In this document: piece by piece, positions 23,298 through 36,068 of the stretch
Layout: each line of letters starts with the position of its first letter
Numbering within the stretch: position 1 is the first letter of the stretch
Origin: Octopus vulgaris
Lineage: Eukaryota
NCBI GenBank assembly: GCA_951406725.2
Contig: OX597820.1
Span: forward strand, 45,074,001-45,138,000
Direction of reading: 5' to 3'
DNA length: 64,000 nt
Made by a program: the position numbers and the translations under genes
The notes under the pieces: generated by a model
What the model was told of the DNA's origin: nothing
The model's database searches: none
Seen by the model: the letters and a program-made list of their open reading frames with translations, nothing else

Positions 23298-25252
23298 GGT
23301 ACTACTTAAGAAGAGTGGTCCCGGTGCGCGTATTCGCACATCTGCGCTAGCTAGTCGTGACTAGTCGATCCTACAACGACTACCTAGCAAAGTAAATAAA
23401 ACACAAAATAATTTTTTTACTCTTAAACTTGGATATAACTGTGAGGTCTTCCTGGTTTCCCGTGACCCGACGCTTGGAGATGCTGTTGCTGATCGCAGCT
23501 CGAAGTAAGAGCGATCTTTATTTCATGCCTTTCAGCAACAAGCTATTACACTTGGTTACCAGTTGTGAAGATACGTCTGAGATTTCTTTTTTTTATTTTT
23601 TATTTTTGGTTCTCGCTTTTGCTCTCCTGCTTTTCCTACAGCTGATGCGCAAGACTGTTTGCTTGGGAAGGTAATGAGGTGAGATTCGTGGCAAAGCTGT
23701 GGGGCAGGGTTGCCTATTTAGTATAGTATATTCTATTTTATGCTAGATCTAGCATTTTTTTTTTCCAGCATTTAGCTGAATATTTTTGAATCTAGCATTT
23801 TGCAGGGAAAATAGCCGATTTAAAATTATTTAGCACTTTTCTCTGATCATGACATTCCCACAAAAGTTACTTTTTTCTTTTTCCTCCTTTTCTAATTTCG
23901 TTAATGTATCTTATAGCCAAATTTTAGTACTATCGGCTATTGTCGAATTTTTCTTTCAATTTCTTGAAACTTCAAATGAAAGTTTATCAAGTTATTAACT
24001 CACCCCTCCCCCCGGCTTTGATACAGAGTGGTATTGGCAGGGGGAAGATTGCTGATATGTATTAATGATTTTCTCCACTGTGTTGATGAGCCATTTTCTA
24101 TCAGTAATAAAACTGTTGGCATTTTTTGCTGACTTAGGTATGCTAGTCTATATAATAATCTGCTTGTTCATTCATGTTATACTTTAGTTTGTGATAGAGG
24201 TGGAGTGAGTGAGAGGTAGAGTAAAAGTGAGAAGGAGGGGAGGAATGTGAGTATAAAAGAAAGAAGTAGAGAAGGATAAGGCCAAATGTGTCATGAGGTT
24301 AGTTGAAGGGAGGAGTGAAGACTGAGATGTGTTAATGTAGTGCTGTAGGTTGAGGAGGGAAAATGAAGAGTAAGATTTTCGACCTTAAAGAAAGGCAGAG
24401 AGAGAGAGAGAGAGAGAGACGGACAAGGGAGACGATTACATTGAGAGAGAGAGAGAGAGATAGGCAGATAACATTTGTATTAAGAGTACAGATAAAAATA
24501 TAAAGAAAAAGATACAAGCAAACAGATGAACTAGATGGAAAACTTTGTTACTGAAAACTACACTCATGATAATGGTGGATAGTGAAAAGTATTTCTTTTA
24601 GTGAACTAAATGTATAACATTCTTTAACCTGTTTGTTCACACATTATGCTTTAGTTTATTAGAAAAGAAGAGGAAATTTGAGAACGAGGGAGGGAACAGA
24701 TAGCCAGCTGATGCATTATGCTGTTACCTGTGTGGTTAGTGGAAGTGAGGGAGAAAGAGAAATGTTAGCCACAAAGAGGAAAATTACATGGTTGAGAAGT
24801 TTGTTGAAGAGGTAGAGATATAAGGTGCTGAGCAGAGGGAAATTTTAAAATCATATCTTATAATAATTCTGCTTGTTATTTCGTTACTTAGCCCATCAGT
24901 AATGCTTTCATGTGATTAGCGAAAAAGCGGGAGAGAGAAGCGTCCATGAGGTGAGGTAGAAGGAATGTAATTGTAACACTTTCATGTGATTAGTTGAAGG
25001 GAAGGAGAGAGAAAAAGAGGATAAGGCAAAGACGGAGAGAAAAGCATCCATGACGTGAAGTAAGGGGAATTTAATATATGGTTAAAAAAGTTAGTTGAGG
25101 GTTGTGATGATATAGAGGAAGAGAGCTAAAAATATAATTTTAGCAGAGGGATGATATTCTGATTGTGAAGTTAAAGAAAGGCAGAGAGGAAGAGAAATGA
25201 TGATGATGATGGTGGAGGTGGCAGTGGTGATTGGATAGTAAAAAGTGTATTT

Positions 25253-25580
25253 TTACTCTATGCGCATAAGGGAAAGCAGGGTATTGTAGTCACTTGTCTG
25301 TTTCTGTGTTTGCAAAATTACTGGAAAATGGCTGCATGGATTTTCACCAAATTTGGCAGAAATACTCATTGGGTGAGTGGCTTGAACTCATTAAATTTTG
25401 GTGGACAAGTGAATCAAAATATTTTTTCTTTTGTTATAAAAGCATAACCTGTAAGCAGGGGAAATAACTCTTGATGTCATTTTGTTGAAATATGAATTTG
25501 TCTGAGATTATTTAAATAAATTTTATTTTATCCTTGTGTGCGTGCGGGATATTGCATCACTCCTTTGATGCCTATTTTTT
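25253..25580. mobile_element. DINE-1/HINE-like (Helentron-associated) element; partial copy at ~18580-18730
   Basis: 5' TTACTCTATGCGC...GCAGGGTATTG inverted motif, CACCAAATTTGGCA core, 3' hairpin GCATCA-CTCCTT-TGATGC before a T-run. Confidence 0.6.
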
Positions 25581-25846
25581 CCTTTTGCTTTTTTTTTTAA
25601 TGGAATAAATTTTTTTTATATCACTTATCATCTCATGCACGTAGGTGCAATTCTGTGAAATATTCACGCTTATTTATTTGGAAGTTATATTTAGTTTAAC
25701 TAAAGGTTGTATCATATGTATGGGATATTTTTTTTGTTTATGGGAACCTTTGAAATACTTTAAGGAAAGAGATTGCTAGGTCTTGTATCCAAGTAATCAC
25801 GTACACTCCATCTGTTGTTATGAAACCATGTTCAATGATGATTACA

Positions 25847-26196
25847 AGCTCCGGCGTTTGGCGACGGACTTGGTAAACACCCACAAAGTTATCAACCACC
25901 TCACCAACAACAACACTGAACACCTTTTTGATCTCCATGTGTCTAACACACGTGGACATGCCTACAAAGTCAGAAAACAATACAGCTCCCATGACTTTCG
26001 GAAACATTTTTTCACGCTCAGAGTTGCTGAAGCATGGAATAAACTGCCTGCGTCAGTTGTTGACTGCCATGACACTGCATCTTTTAAGGCCCTCATGCTT
26101 TCCGAAATCCGCCGAAACTTCACCTGATTATATATACACTTTAGATGAGTTGTAGTGCACCTGAGCACTGTACACAATTATTATTATTATTATTAT
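25847..26196 (+). mobile_element. 5'-truncated CR1 LINE 3' end with (TTA)n tail
   Basis: TRGHAYK...FFTLRVAEAWNKLP C-terminus; 24-bp flanking direct repeat; second copy at ~48451-48600. Confidence 0.92.
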
Positions 26197-27726
26197 AAAC
26201 CATGTTCAATGATGATTACATATTTGTTTCTAATTTTCATCAGTTTATTGATACTAAAGGAACTAAATGAAAGGGTCAGACTCAGTGTTGTCTTAAGTCA
26301 TGGGCACACTAACCAGTTACCCAAGCGTCCTACAAGTCTCGGGACCTAATGCTATTCTTTTTATTTTGTGTATGTAGGGGACCTCTTTGCATGGCTTTGT
26401 TTTAAGGCCTGTAATTCTGTTAAAATGACCCTGATCAGATTTTTATTTCTTTGAGGTGTTGATTAGCAGAATTGTTGGACAAAAATTCCTTGTATTTGTT
26501 CTAACTCTTTACTTTCTGTGTTCAAATCCTGTTGAGGGTGACTCGTACTCCAGTATCAGTCAGTTACTGGGGTTGATTTAATCAGCTACCCAACCTCTGA
26601 AATCTCAGACCTTGTGTTAGAAATGATAACTCTTTCATTATCATTAAACTGATGTTTGAACATAAAAATATTGTACAGTGGAAAATTTTCATTTCACTGT
26701 GAACCCTTTGAAACAAATGGTCTTGCATAATAGAATTAAAAGCAGTGTCCTGCAAGTTGGTATGAAAAGGCGTTAAGACAGTAGAGTGTAATTTATAGGA
26801 GATTTGGCTGCTACATCTAGTTGGTCAAATAATCACAATATAGTTAGTTATTCTGCTCACTTGAATTTCATGTATGAGCCATTGTTGCAGGTCTTTTGGT
26901 TGAATAATGAAATAACTTCTCAGCTGAAATTTTTGGATGCATCGATATTTGATTTTAATATGTGACAAGCTGTTTCTTAATTGTGGGCTACTCTTAAAAG
27001 TGGACTACTCTGCATTTTGCTTCATTGTTTGTTGGAATCTCCCAGCATTAGTAGACTAGTCTTATTGATATGACCAGCAATAATTATGCTGTATAGAAAT
27101 TTGAAATAATTTTTCTAACTGGAATATTTTGTCCTAACACCAACTATAGCTGATGGATTGGCAGATTCTTTAGGAATGTTGGAAAAAAATCAACAGCATC
27201 ATTTAACTTCCATATTCCATGCTGGTATCGATTGACAGGCTTCACAACAAATATGCACACAAATATTCATATACAATGAATTTCTGCAGTTTCTGGCTAC
27301 AAAAATTCCTCATGTTGTGCTTGAGAAGAAGATCCATCAAGCTGAGCGAAATCACAGTCGTAGCATGTAAATGCACCCAGTGTCACGCAAATGGCACCCA
27401 TTACACTCTTGGAATGGTTGGCGTTAAAAAGGGCATCCAGCTGTAGAAAACCATGCCAAATCGGACTGGTGCAGCCTTCCAGCATGTTATCCCAGTCAAA
27501 CAGTCCAACCCATGCCAGCATGGACAACGAATGTTAAATGGTGATGAGACAGACACACAAGTAAGCACATAAATGCAAAACAAGGGGGTGAGAAAATAGT
27601 ACTCAGATATTGAAGTTATGCTGTTTGATCACAACTGTCCAATGAACGAATACATGAAACTCCAAGTAACAGCTTTTTGTGATGTTTTTGCAGCTTTGAT
27701 AGAAAAGTATATATATATATATATAT

Positions 27727-28012
27727 GTGGAGGCGCAATGGCCCAGTGGTTAGGGCAGGGGACTCGCGGTTTCGATTCCCAGACCGGGCGTTGTGAGTGT
27801 TTGAGCGAAAACACCTAAAGCTCCACGCGGCTCCGGCAGGAGGTGGTGGCGATCCCTGCTGTACTCTTTCGCCACAACTTTCTCTCACTCTTTCTTCTGT
27901 TGGCCTGCTCGCTTAGCCAGTGGGGTGGCGTCATTTGAAGGCTAAAACAATGCAAAACGCATTGTGACCAGCGATGTGTAGCAGCATCTGATAGCCTGGT
28001 CGGTCACGGTGA
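27727..28012 (+). mobile_element. Family-2 SINE with an alternative tail, inserted in (TA)n
   Basis: TGGCCCAGTGGTTAGG A box; core shared with 9607-9790, tail different. Confidence 0.8.
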
Positions 28013-28461
28013 TATATATATATATGACAGGCTTCTTTCAATTTCTGCCTACCAAATATCCACTTTACAGGGCTTTTGTTGGCCTGAAGCTATAATAGAA
28101 GACACTTGTCCAAGGTGCCACACAGCGGGACTGAACCTGAAAACATGTGGTTGGGAAACAAGCTTTTTACCACACAGCCATGCCACTCAGGAAACTGTAA
28201 TTGAGTAATGTGTGTTTTCAGATCCATATTCTGTTACTAATTAATATAATTCACTAGATAATGAGAAGAAATAAGTAAAAAGGACTTTGGAAGCCAGTTG
28301 ATTTATTTAGTGTCCTTTATGAAAATTCAAAGGAAACAAAATATTTCATACTCACATGTATGCATCTGTGTGTGTTACTGTTAGTAAATACACTCTATAA
28401 TTTAAATTCAATGGAAGTTGGTCTTTAGTCTCTTATCTTCAGTTTGATTTTAATATTTTAG

Positions 28462-28536
28462 GAAGAACTTGCTGTTCACAAAAGGAAAGTTCAAGAGCTG
28501 GAAACCTGGATGAAGAATACTCTAAATTCTAAGAAG
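28462..28536 (+). CDS. RAD17: RAD17 coding exon 3 (EELAVHKRKVQELETWMKNTLNSKK)
   Basis: Rad17 ELAVHKKK motif; AG/GT, phase 0. Confidence 0.93.
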
Positions 28537-28539
28537 GTA

Positions 28540-29050
28540 TTTGCATTACATTATTTACATTGTTTACATTTTGATATTTGTCCTCATCTTGTTTGTTAAC
28601 ACATTTCGGCTGATATACTCTCCAGCCTTCATCAAGTGTCTTGGGGAAATTTCGAACCTGGGTTCCCATTCCTAAGGTATTTTTCAATGTTGTTGCTGTT
28701 GCTGCTGCTCTTCGTCTTCTTCTTCAAGTCACTGCTTGGAATCGAACGTGGAATCTTGGGGTTAGTAGCCCACACTCTTAACCACAGGCATATGATGTAG
28801 TTGTTAAGAGCGCAGGCTACTAACCCCAAGATTCCGAGTTCGATTCCAAGCAGTGACCTGAATGATAATAATAACATCAAAAAATACCTTAGGAACGAGA
28901 ACCCAGGTTTGAAATTTCTCCAAGACACCTGACAAATGCTGGAGGGTATATCAGCCAAAATGTGTTAACAACAAACCAAATGAGGACAAATATCTGTCAA
29001 ATGTAAATAATATACATAATTCCTCATCTCTTAAATATAGAACTGTATTA
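28540..29050. mobile_element. Head-to-head inverted dimer of a tRNA-headed short element with a degenerate hammerhead-like motif
   Basis: Arms ~28546-28785 and 28787-29015 are reverse complements; A/B boxes; 12-bp TSD TCTAAGAAGGTA. Confidence 0.85.
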
Positions 29051-29890
29051 TCTAAGAAGGTAGTGTTTTATTTATTTATATTTTATTTTTTATTTTCTAA
29101 TCTTTGATTTAGATATATTTCATTTGAAATGTGTGTTTGGATTCAGAAAATTTTCAGTGCACTGCAGAATCATTTAAAACATATTGTTTGTTGAAGTTAT
29201 CCATTCTTTTGATCAGGCATGAAGTTTGTGTTTAGAAAGGAAAAGAGTTTGATTGATTGAATATCAGTGTATTTTGCCTTCTACTGATTCCAGGAAGAGT
29301 GAAGAGTGAAGTTGACTTCTCGTGGAATTTGAACCCAGAAACAAGAGCCTGCAAAGAATCACAAGTATAGCTGTGTAGTGAAGACATTTGCTTGCAACCA
29401 CTTGGTTCTAGGTTCAATCCCACTGTTGTTATAGTCACCAAGTGACCATTTCATTTATATATATGTATATATGCCTGTATGTATGTGTTCATATTCTTTT
29501 GTCTTGAAGCAGGTATGATGATTGTAAACAAAACTCATGGTCATACAAACGGTGTTTGTTAACAAAAAGTGTGTCTGGTTTTTGAGTTGTTTATTGTTTA
29601 AAAGGCCGGGCAAAATAGTTTCTTACTTGGAAACAGGTGAGAGGTGGAGACGGGAAGAGCATCTAACTGTTGAAAATTCTTCCTCAATGAATTTCATCTC
29701 ACTCATTCAGATATGAACAAGTGGTTGTTGAAACAAGGATGATGATGATGGTGTTGTACATGTGCATGTTTTTCATTGATGTTAATTAGTTCAGAATATC
29801 AAATTTGATAAAACTGTTTTTCTAATTCTACAAATTCCACTTTAAGAATGAGATTATCTATATATAATAATTCTCAAGGGCCACCCTTCT

Positions 29891-30115
29891 TGACCCTTTA
29901 GCATTTAAACTGGCCATTTCCAGCCCAAATATTTTACCTGTTTTATGCTCAATGGCCAGATCCAGCCTGTTGTACCTACCTTACTATGTCATTTCAAAAA
30001 TAAACAATCACATCATTGAAATTTGAAAGCCACAAGATAATGCATGATTAATTCAAAACAATGTGAATAAATGAGTATTACATTTAACAGATTAATCTGA
30101 ATGCTAATGAGTTAA
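29891..30115. mobile_element. piggyBac-type (TTAA) MITE family; other copies at ~55864-56080, 57188-57418, 58149-58535
   Basis: Degenerate TTAACCCTTTAGCATT...AATGCTAAAGGGTTAA termini shared among the copies. Confidence 0.8.
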
Positions 30116-30654
30116 ATTCCCTGCTATGGCCTGGAGGACTATGATGAATAGATGACTGAGTTTTGAGTCCTGGTGGACTATGATGAATAGATGAGGACTG
30201 AGTTCTGAGTCCTGGTGATCTACTTGTTAAATTTGTTGCTGTAGTCATTGTTAACTCTCAACTAACTAACAGCACATAATACATAGCTCATGTGGATCAC
30301 ACAAGCCACTTGTCTACCCCTAATTTTCTCATTGACTATCAGGTCACAGAACAAGGGAACCTGTTGAAGACTTTATCCATATTGATGAATCCCAAATATA
30401 GTGGCTTACATTTTGCTAAATAATCTTTCTGTAGTTGTGTTACTAGAAAGAGGGAATCAGTAGTACTTTTTTCAATCATAGAATTAAAGTGCACTTTGTC
30501 TAACTTAATTCTGTTCCTGATTAATTGGTCTATAACTCTTCCTATAATTTTCTTGACCTGGTCCAGCAATTTGATACATCTTTAATTACTTCTGTCTAAG
30601 GGCATCTCCTTTACACTTGTAACAGCTGACGATAATGTTGCTATCCATTCCTGT

Positions 30655-31116
30655 ACATCATCATCATCATCATCATCATTTAGCGTCCGTTCTCCATGCT
30701 AGCATGGGTTGGACGGTTCAACTGGGGTCTGTGAAGCTGGAAGGCTTCATCAGGCCCAGTCAGATCTGGCAGTGTTTCTACGGCTGGATGCCCTTCCTAA
30801 CGCCAACCACTCCGTGAGTGTAGTGGGTGCTTTTTACGTGCCACCAACACGGGGGCCAGACAGAGCTGGCAAACGGCCACGAAACGGATGGTGCTTTTAC
30901 GTGTCACCGGCACGAGGGCCAGGCGAGGCTGGCAACGGACACGAACGGATGGTGCTTTTACATGTCACCGACATGGGGGCCAGACAGAGCTGGCAAACGG
31001 CCACGAACGGATGGTGCTTTTACATGTCACCGACATGGGGGCCAGACAGGGCTGGCAAACAGCCACAAACGGATGGTGCTTTTACGTGTCACCGGCATGG
31101 GGGCCAGACAGAGCTG
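30655..31116 (-). mobile_element. RTE 3'-UTR copy with internal ~60-bp tandem repeats, inserted in an older RTE RT fragment (~30120-30655)
   Basis: (CAT)n followed by TTTAGCGTCCG...GGATGCCCTTCCTAACGCCAACC; 4-5 internal units. Confidence 0.85.
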
Positions 31117-31494
31117 AGCTTGATTAATTATACAGACAACTAAGTTGTATCCTACTCTAGCAGATATTTTAAGCTTCTCAGCAGTGACTCCTGATGGACA
31201 GAAGGCTTTCTCTGCCTTCGTTTCCTTCATTGCTTTATTCATCCATCCACCCATCTGCTCACTAAGTCAACTTGTTATCAAATACACGTAAACGACAACC
31301 AAATATACCAAGTGCTACTTCTTTTGTATGTTTACTCGTATATCAAACAGGCTACATACCATTATACATGATTGAATGGGAGTGATGCTCGAACTGAGAA
31401 TAGAAAGTTGGCTTGCTGATCTATATCTCTTAATCTAATTAAAGTACTGAAATAAAAACCAAGGTTTTTTCCCTATCTTTTTTCCTGTTTATAG

Positions 31495-31648
31495 CCAGCT
31501 CCTGTGTTATTACTGACTGGACCTTCAGGTGTTGGGAAAACAACAACTCTCAAAGTCCTTGCAAAAATGTTCAAATATGATGTCCAGGAGTGGACCAACC
31601 CATTGACGTCTACTTTTGAGACTTTCTCTGATACGTGGAACCCACAAG
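31495..31648 (+). CDS. RAD17: RAD17 coding exon 4 (Walker A: LLLTGPSGVGKTTT...QEWTNP)
   Basis: TAG acceptor, G|GTAAGT donor; P-loop. Confidence 0.95.
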
Positions 31649-32841
31649 GTAAGTACATCTCATGATGGCTGATTGTTGTTTTTATTTATTGATTTTTTTT
31701 TTTAAAGCATTACTATGATGAATGTAGCTAACTATTCTATGGTATGGGTAAGTTCTTGTTGAGTTGTTTAGTGCAATTTGGTTTTGATTCATAGTAGAGA
31801 ATAGGTTTGGTGGTTATGGTATTCTGCTCATGATTGTAAGGTTGTGAGTTCAATTCCTGGTGACATGTGTCCTTAAACAAGACACTTTATTTCATGTTGC
31901 TCCACTCAGCTGGCAAAAAGGAGTTGCACCTGTAATTCGATGGACCAACCTTGTCACATTTGTGTCATGCTGAATCTCCCTGAGAACTATGTTAAATGTA
32001 TATGTGTTTGTGGTGTACTCAGCCACTTGCATGTAAATTTCACAAGCAGGCTGTTCTGTTGGTTGGATCAATCGGAACCCTTGTAACTAACAGAGTGTCA
32101 GTCTCTTTCCTGGTAGAGACTGTTTGCATTTCTTTAATTACTAATGTCTTTTGAAATGGCACGAAATATAAATAAATGTTATAGTACCTGTGTATTTCCT
32201 GCCATACAAGTTAAACTTTTCTGACCCAAATTTACTGCTCCAAAAAAAAAAAAAAAAAAGGTAGGTTGACCTTTTCACTAAGATGACTTTGGAGGAGCAA
32301 AAATTCCATGTGAAATGCAGCAGGATTCAGGAAGATACCAATGATATTTGAATGTTTACACTACATCTTTATACTATATACTACATCAACTTGTATGCCA
32401 GGAAATTCACTGTATTCTTCATACGAAAGGATCACTATGAAATACTTTGAAGTAGGAAACAATTTGTAGCTCATCAGCTGATCTTAGTCATTTTACTTGT
32501 GAAATAAATTTTTTTTTTCAATTTTCTACAATTTGTAATTTTAAAATTGCTAAAACTGACAAAACTAAGAAAGAGAAATTGAAGGAAAAACTTGAATTTC
32601 AGATTTGATTATTTATTAAAAAAACAAAACAAAAAAAAAAATCATCATTAGAAAATTGAGCTTCAATTTCAAATTTTTCCTTATTCTCTTTTGAATTCCT
32701 GAAATTTATCATTATGAAATAAGCTCATATTCCTAATTTATATTTGTATATATATATATATTTTTTTGAAAACAAAACATTTCAAAGAAATATATTTCAC
32801 ACTCATGTCTTTTAAATTCTTCTTTCCAAATTTTTCCCCAG

Positions 32842-32966
32842 TAGATGGCTCTCACTATGAATCTCAGGTGAGCCTCTTCAAGGAATTCCTTTTGCGTGCA
32901 AGTAAATACAAACGGTTGGACCTTCTTGGCTGTGAGCAGTTTCAGAAAAAGATTATCCTTGTTGAG
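32842..32966 (+). CDS. RAD17: RAD17 coding exon 5 (..ESQVSLFKEFLLRASKYKRL...KKIILVE)
   Basis: CAGTAG tandem acceptor, GAG|GTTTGT donor; KYxxL and Walker B. Confidence 0.94.
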
Positions 32967-33277
32967 GTTTGTATACAGAGAGAATACAATCACATTATAG
33001 ACATGGCTTTATTGGAATCAATGAAAATTGATTGTGTCAGATATTGTAGATAAAGTTCAGCAACACAGTATCTTGAAGTTATGGAAATACCATGTTGATA
33101 TTATTATTAACAAAATATAGATGGAAGCATGGCTGTGTGTTCAAAAATTTGTTTTGCAATCACATGATTTCAGGTTCAATCCCACTGCACAGTATCTTAG
33201 GGAAGTGTCTTCTACTATAGCTCCAGGTCGATTAATGCCTTGTGGATGGATCTGGTAGATGGTAACTGTACATATGT

Positions 33278-34625
33278 CATCATTTAATATCTGTTTCCCA
33301 TGCTGGTAAGGGTTGGACAGTTTGACAGGAACTGTTCAGACTCCAGTTGGCATCTTTTCTATGGCTGGATGCCCTTCCCAACACCAACCACTTTACAGAG
33401 GGTGTAAGATGCTTTTTGCATGCCATTGGCACAGGTGCGTTTATGGAGTTTCTATCTCTTCCACATGTCTCCTCCACAGTAAGAGATCAGCTGTTCTTTA
33501 TACGGCTGTCCTCGTCCATATACATTACATACCATACCAGCCTTCTCTTTTGTACACCACAGCTTACACCTAACTTTTTTATCAGCATGCACACAGACAT
33601 TGCACATCCAGTGAAGCATGTTAGCTTCATACCTTTCAAGCCTTTGCATGTCCTCATTGGTCACAGCCTGTGTTTCACTGCCATGTAGCATGGCTGTTTG
33701 CACACAGGCATCATACAATCTGCCTTTCACTCTGAAGGCGAAGCCCTTTGTTACTAACAAAGGTAGAAGCTCTCTGATCTTTGCCCAACCTATTCTTGTT
33801 CTAGAAGCTACACTCTTAGAGCATCCATTTATCCACTACTTTTAAATATCTTCTCTGTCATTTAACAAAGTCTATTTTTTGTACATTTCTAGTGATTATT
33901 GTACCTTTACATCTGCCACACATAAAGACTACTTTGTCTTTTAACCTTTGATATTCCTGCACCTCTTATATGTCTATAGCTTGAACTAGACACACCTCAT
34001 GGAGTTTCTATCTATGCTTTTTCTACTTATTGAGCAGGGCCGTCTCCCTGAAGGGATTAGTGATTTGTCTTACTAAGACTTTGGTCTTTGCTAAATTGAC
34101 TCTAAGGCCCTTTGATTCCAGACCTTGTTTCCACACCAGGAATTTCTTTTCTAGTTCTGGTAGAATGAGGTCATCAGCATAGAGGAGCTCCCAAGAGCAG
34201 CCTGTCTTAAATCCCTCTGTTTTTGATTGTAGGACTATGATGAACAAGAGGGGCTGAAGACCAAAGCTTGGTGAACTCCTACTTGTACACTGAATTCATT
34301 GCTATACTCATTGCCAACCCTCACCTTAATGACAGCATCCCTCTACAAGGCTTGTACAGCTCTCACCAACCACTTATCTATCTCTAGTTTCTGCATTGAC
34401 TACCAGATAAGGGAGCAGTAGACCCTGTCAATGGCTTTCTTCATGTCAGCAAGTACAGAGTTTATTGTTGGCCAAGTATTTCTCCTGCAGCTGCCTTACC
34501 AGGAATATAGGATCAGTGGTGCTTCTCCCTAGCATGAAACCAAACTGCATCTGTTCTTGACTAACTCTCTTCTTAATGAGTTGGGCTATGACCCTCTCTG
34601 TAACTTTCATTACCTGATCCAACAA
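33278..34625 (-). mobile_element. Decayed RTE LINE fragment (RT plus 3' UTR)
   Basis: WELLYADDL and LHGSET motifs homologous to 44829-46280. Confidence 0.85.
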
Positions 34626-34734
34626 CAGAAATTTTCCCCATCTTCATATCCTTCATAGTTTTATCTACCAAGCTACTGTCTAAAATGTAATCACTTCATG
34701 GTGGATTTATTGTTTCTATCTATTTCTCTTGCAG

Positions 34735-34787
34735 GATTACCCCAATGTATTTTTCCAGAATCCTACTAGTTTCCAATCTATTATTCA
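34735..34787 (+). CDS. RAD17: RAD17 coding exon 6 (DYPNVFFQNPTSFQSII)
   Basis: GCAG acceptor, GTAAGT donor; completes Walker B (ED). Confidence 0.92.
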
Positions 34788-35942
34788 GTAAGTATTCACA
34801 ATTTAAAATACCCCAAATTCTGGAGTTTTTAATTTAACTTTAAAAACACCATGGTGTATGTGTGTGTGTTTACATCTTCTTTTTCCTGAGAATGGGTCAG
34901 ATGGATTCTTGTGGTTCAAGTCTTTATTCAGAATTGCTACTCTCTTTGATGGGGCTGTATATTCCACTTTTTGGCATGGTTTCTATGGCTGGATGCCTTG
35001 TCTATTGCCAACCACTTTATAGAGTATACTGTTTGTATTTTTCCATGGCACCAACACAGTTGTCTTGATCGCACCAACAGAGGTTGTTTTGACCACAACA
35101 AAAGGAGTCTTTATTCTGTTTACATTTATTCATTTACATGTACCAAAGGATTGTCTTGTCCTTGACAACACCAGAGTCTTCTCTCTGTATAGTCACTGTT
35201 CATCCATATTTATTTTCTATATCTGAAAGGAAGAAAGTTTGTGATACTACTTGGTAACAATAGGGAGGTTCACAGATGGTGGCTATTTGAATATCACATT
35301 TATTGAAATCTGATCAGTCACTAATTTACTGCATTTTTATTGGTGAGAGTGATAAGGGATTGTCTGTAACTTAGGCAGAACAAATACCACTTGTTTTTTT
35401 TATTCAAAAGCACTGTTTTTTCCATTTTTCTCATTCTTATTTACATATTTGACCAGTATATAACAAGCTTTTGCACAGTTTCTGTTTGTCAAATTCCACT
35501 TTCAACCCATGGCTATAATAGAGAGACCTCCTCATTTCCTAGTGCTGATGTATATTTTTCAACCCATGCTAGCATGTAAAAGTGAGTTTTAAAAAAAGAA
35601 TGAAAGATGTGTGTGTGTGTGTATACTTAAATATGAATTATATTTTTTATAAAAGCTTCATAGGATCATCATTGTTTAATGTCCGCTTTCCATGCTGGCA
35701 TGGGTTTGATGGTTTGCTAAGGAGCTGGTCAGCCACAGATAAAAAAGGATATTTCAACCCATTGGACACACACACATACATTCAAATACACACATCAACT
35801 CAGCACACGTAAATGCACTCACTCTCGAAATCAATCCAATCCAAGTATACTTATACCCACATCCATACTCACACACACTCTCTCTCACATACATGCAGAC
35901 ATACACAATGTTCCTTTTATTTCTAATATTCTGTTTCCTCAG

Positions 35943-36068
35943 AAAATATATTTCTACTGGGCTGAATCCACTGGTGTTTATAATAAGTGATTCTGCAAGT
36001 AGCAGCCACAATGAAAGACTTTTGTTTCCAAGTGAATTCCAGCACAGTATTGGCATGAGTCACATAAG
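35943..36068 (+). CDS. RAD17: RAD17 coding exon 7 (KYISTGLNPLVFIISDS...RLLFP)
   Basis: PLVFIISD motif; phase 2-2. Confidence 0.93.

Noticed and set aside
28787-28860. tRNA gene (also considered at 9607, 27727 and 61690)
   Set aside because: A/B boxes are present but there is no complete acceptor stem, and each continues into repeat body sequence; these are SINE heads
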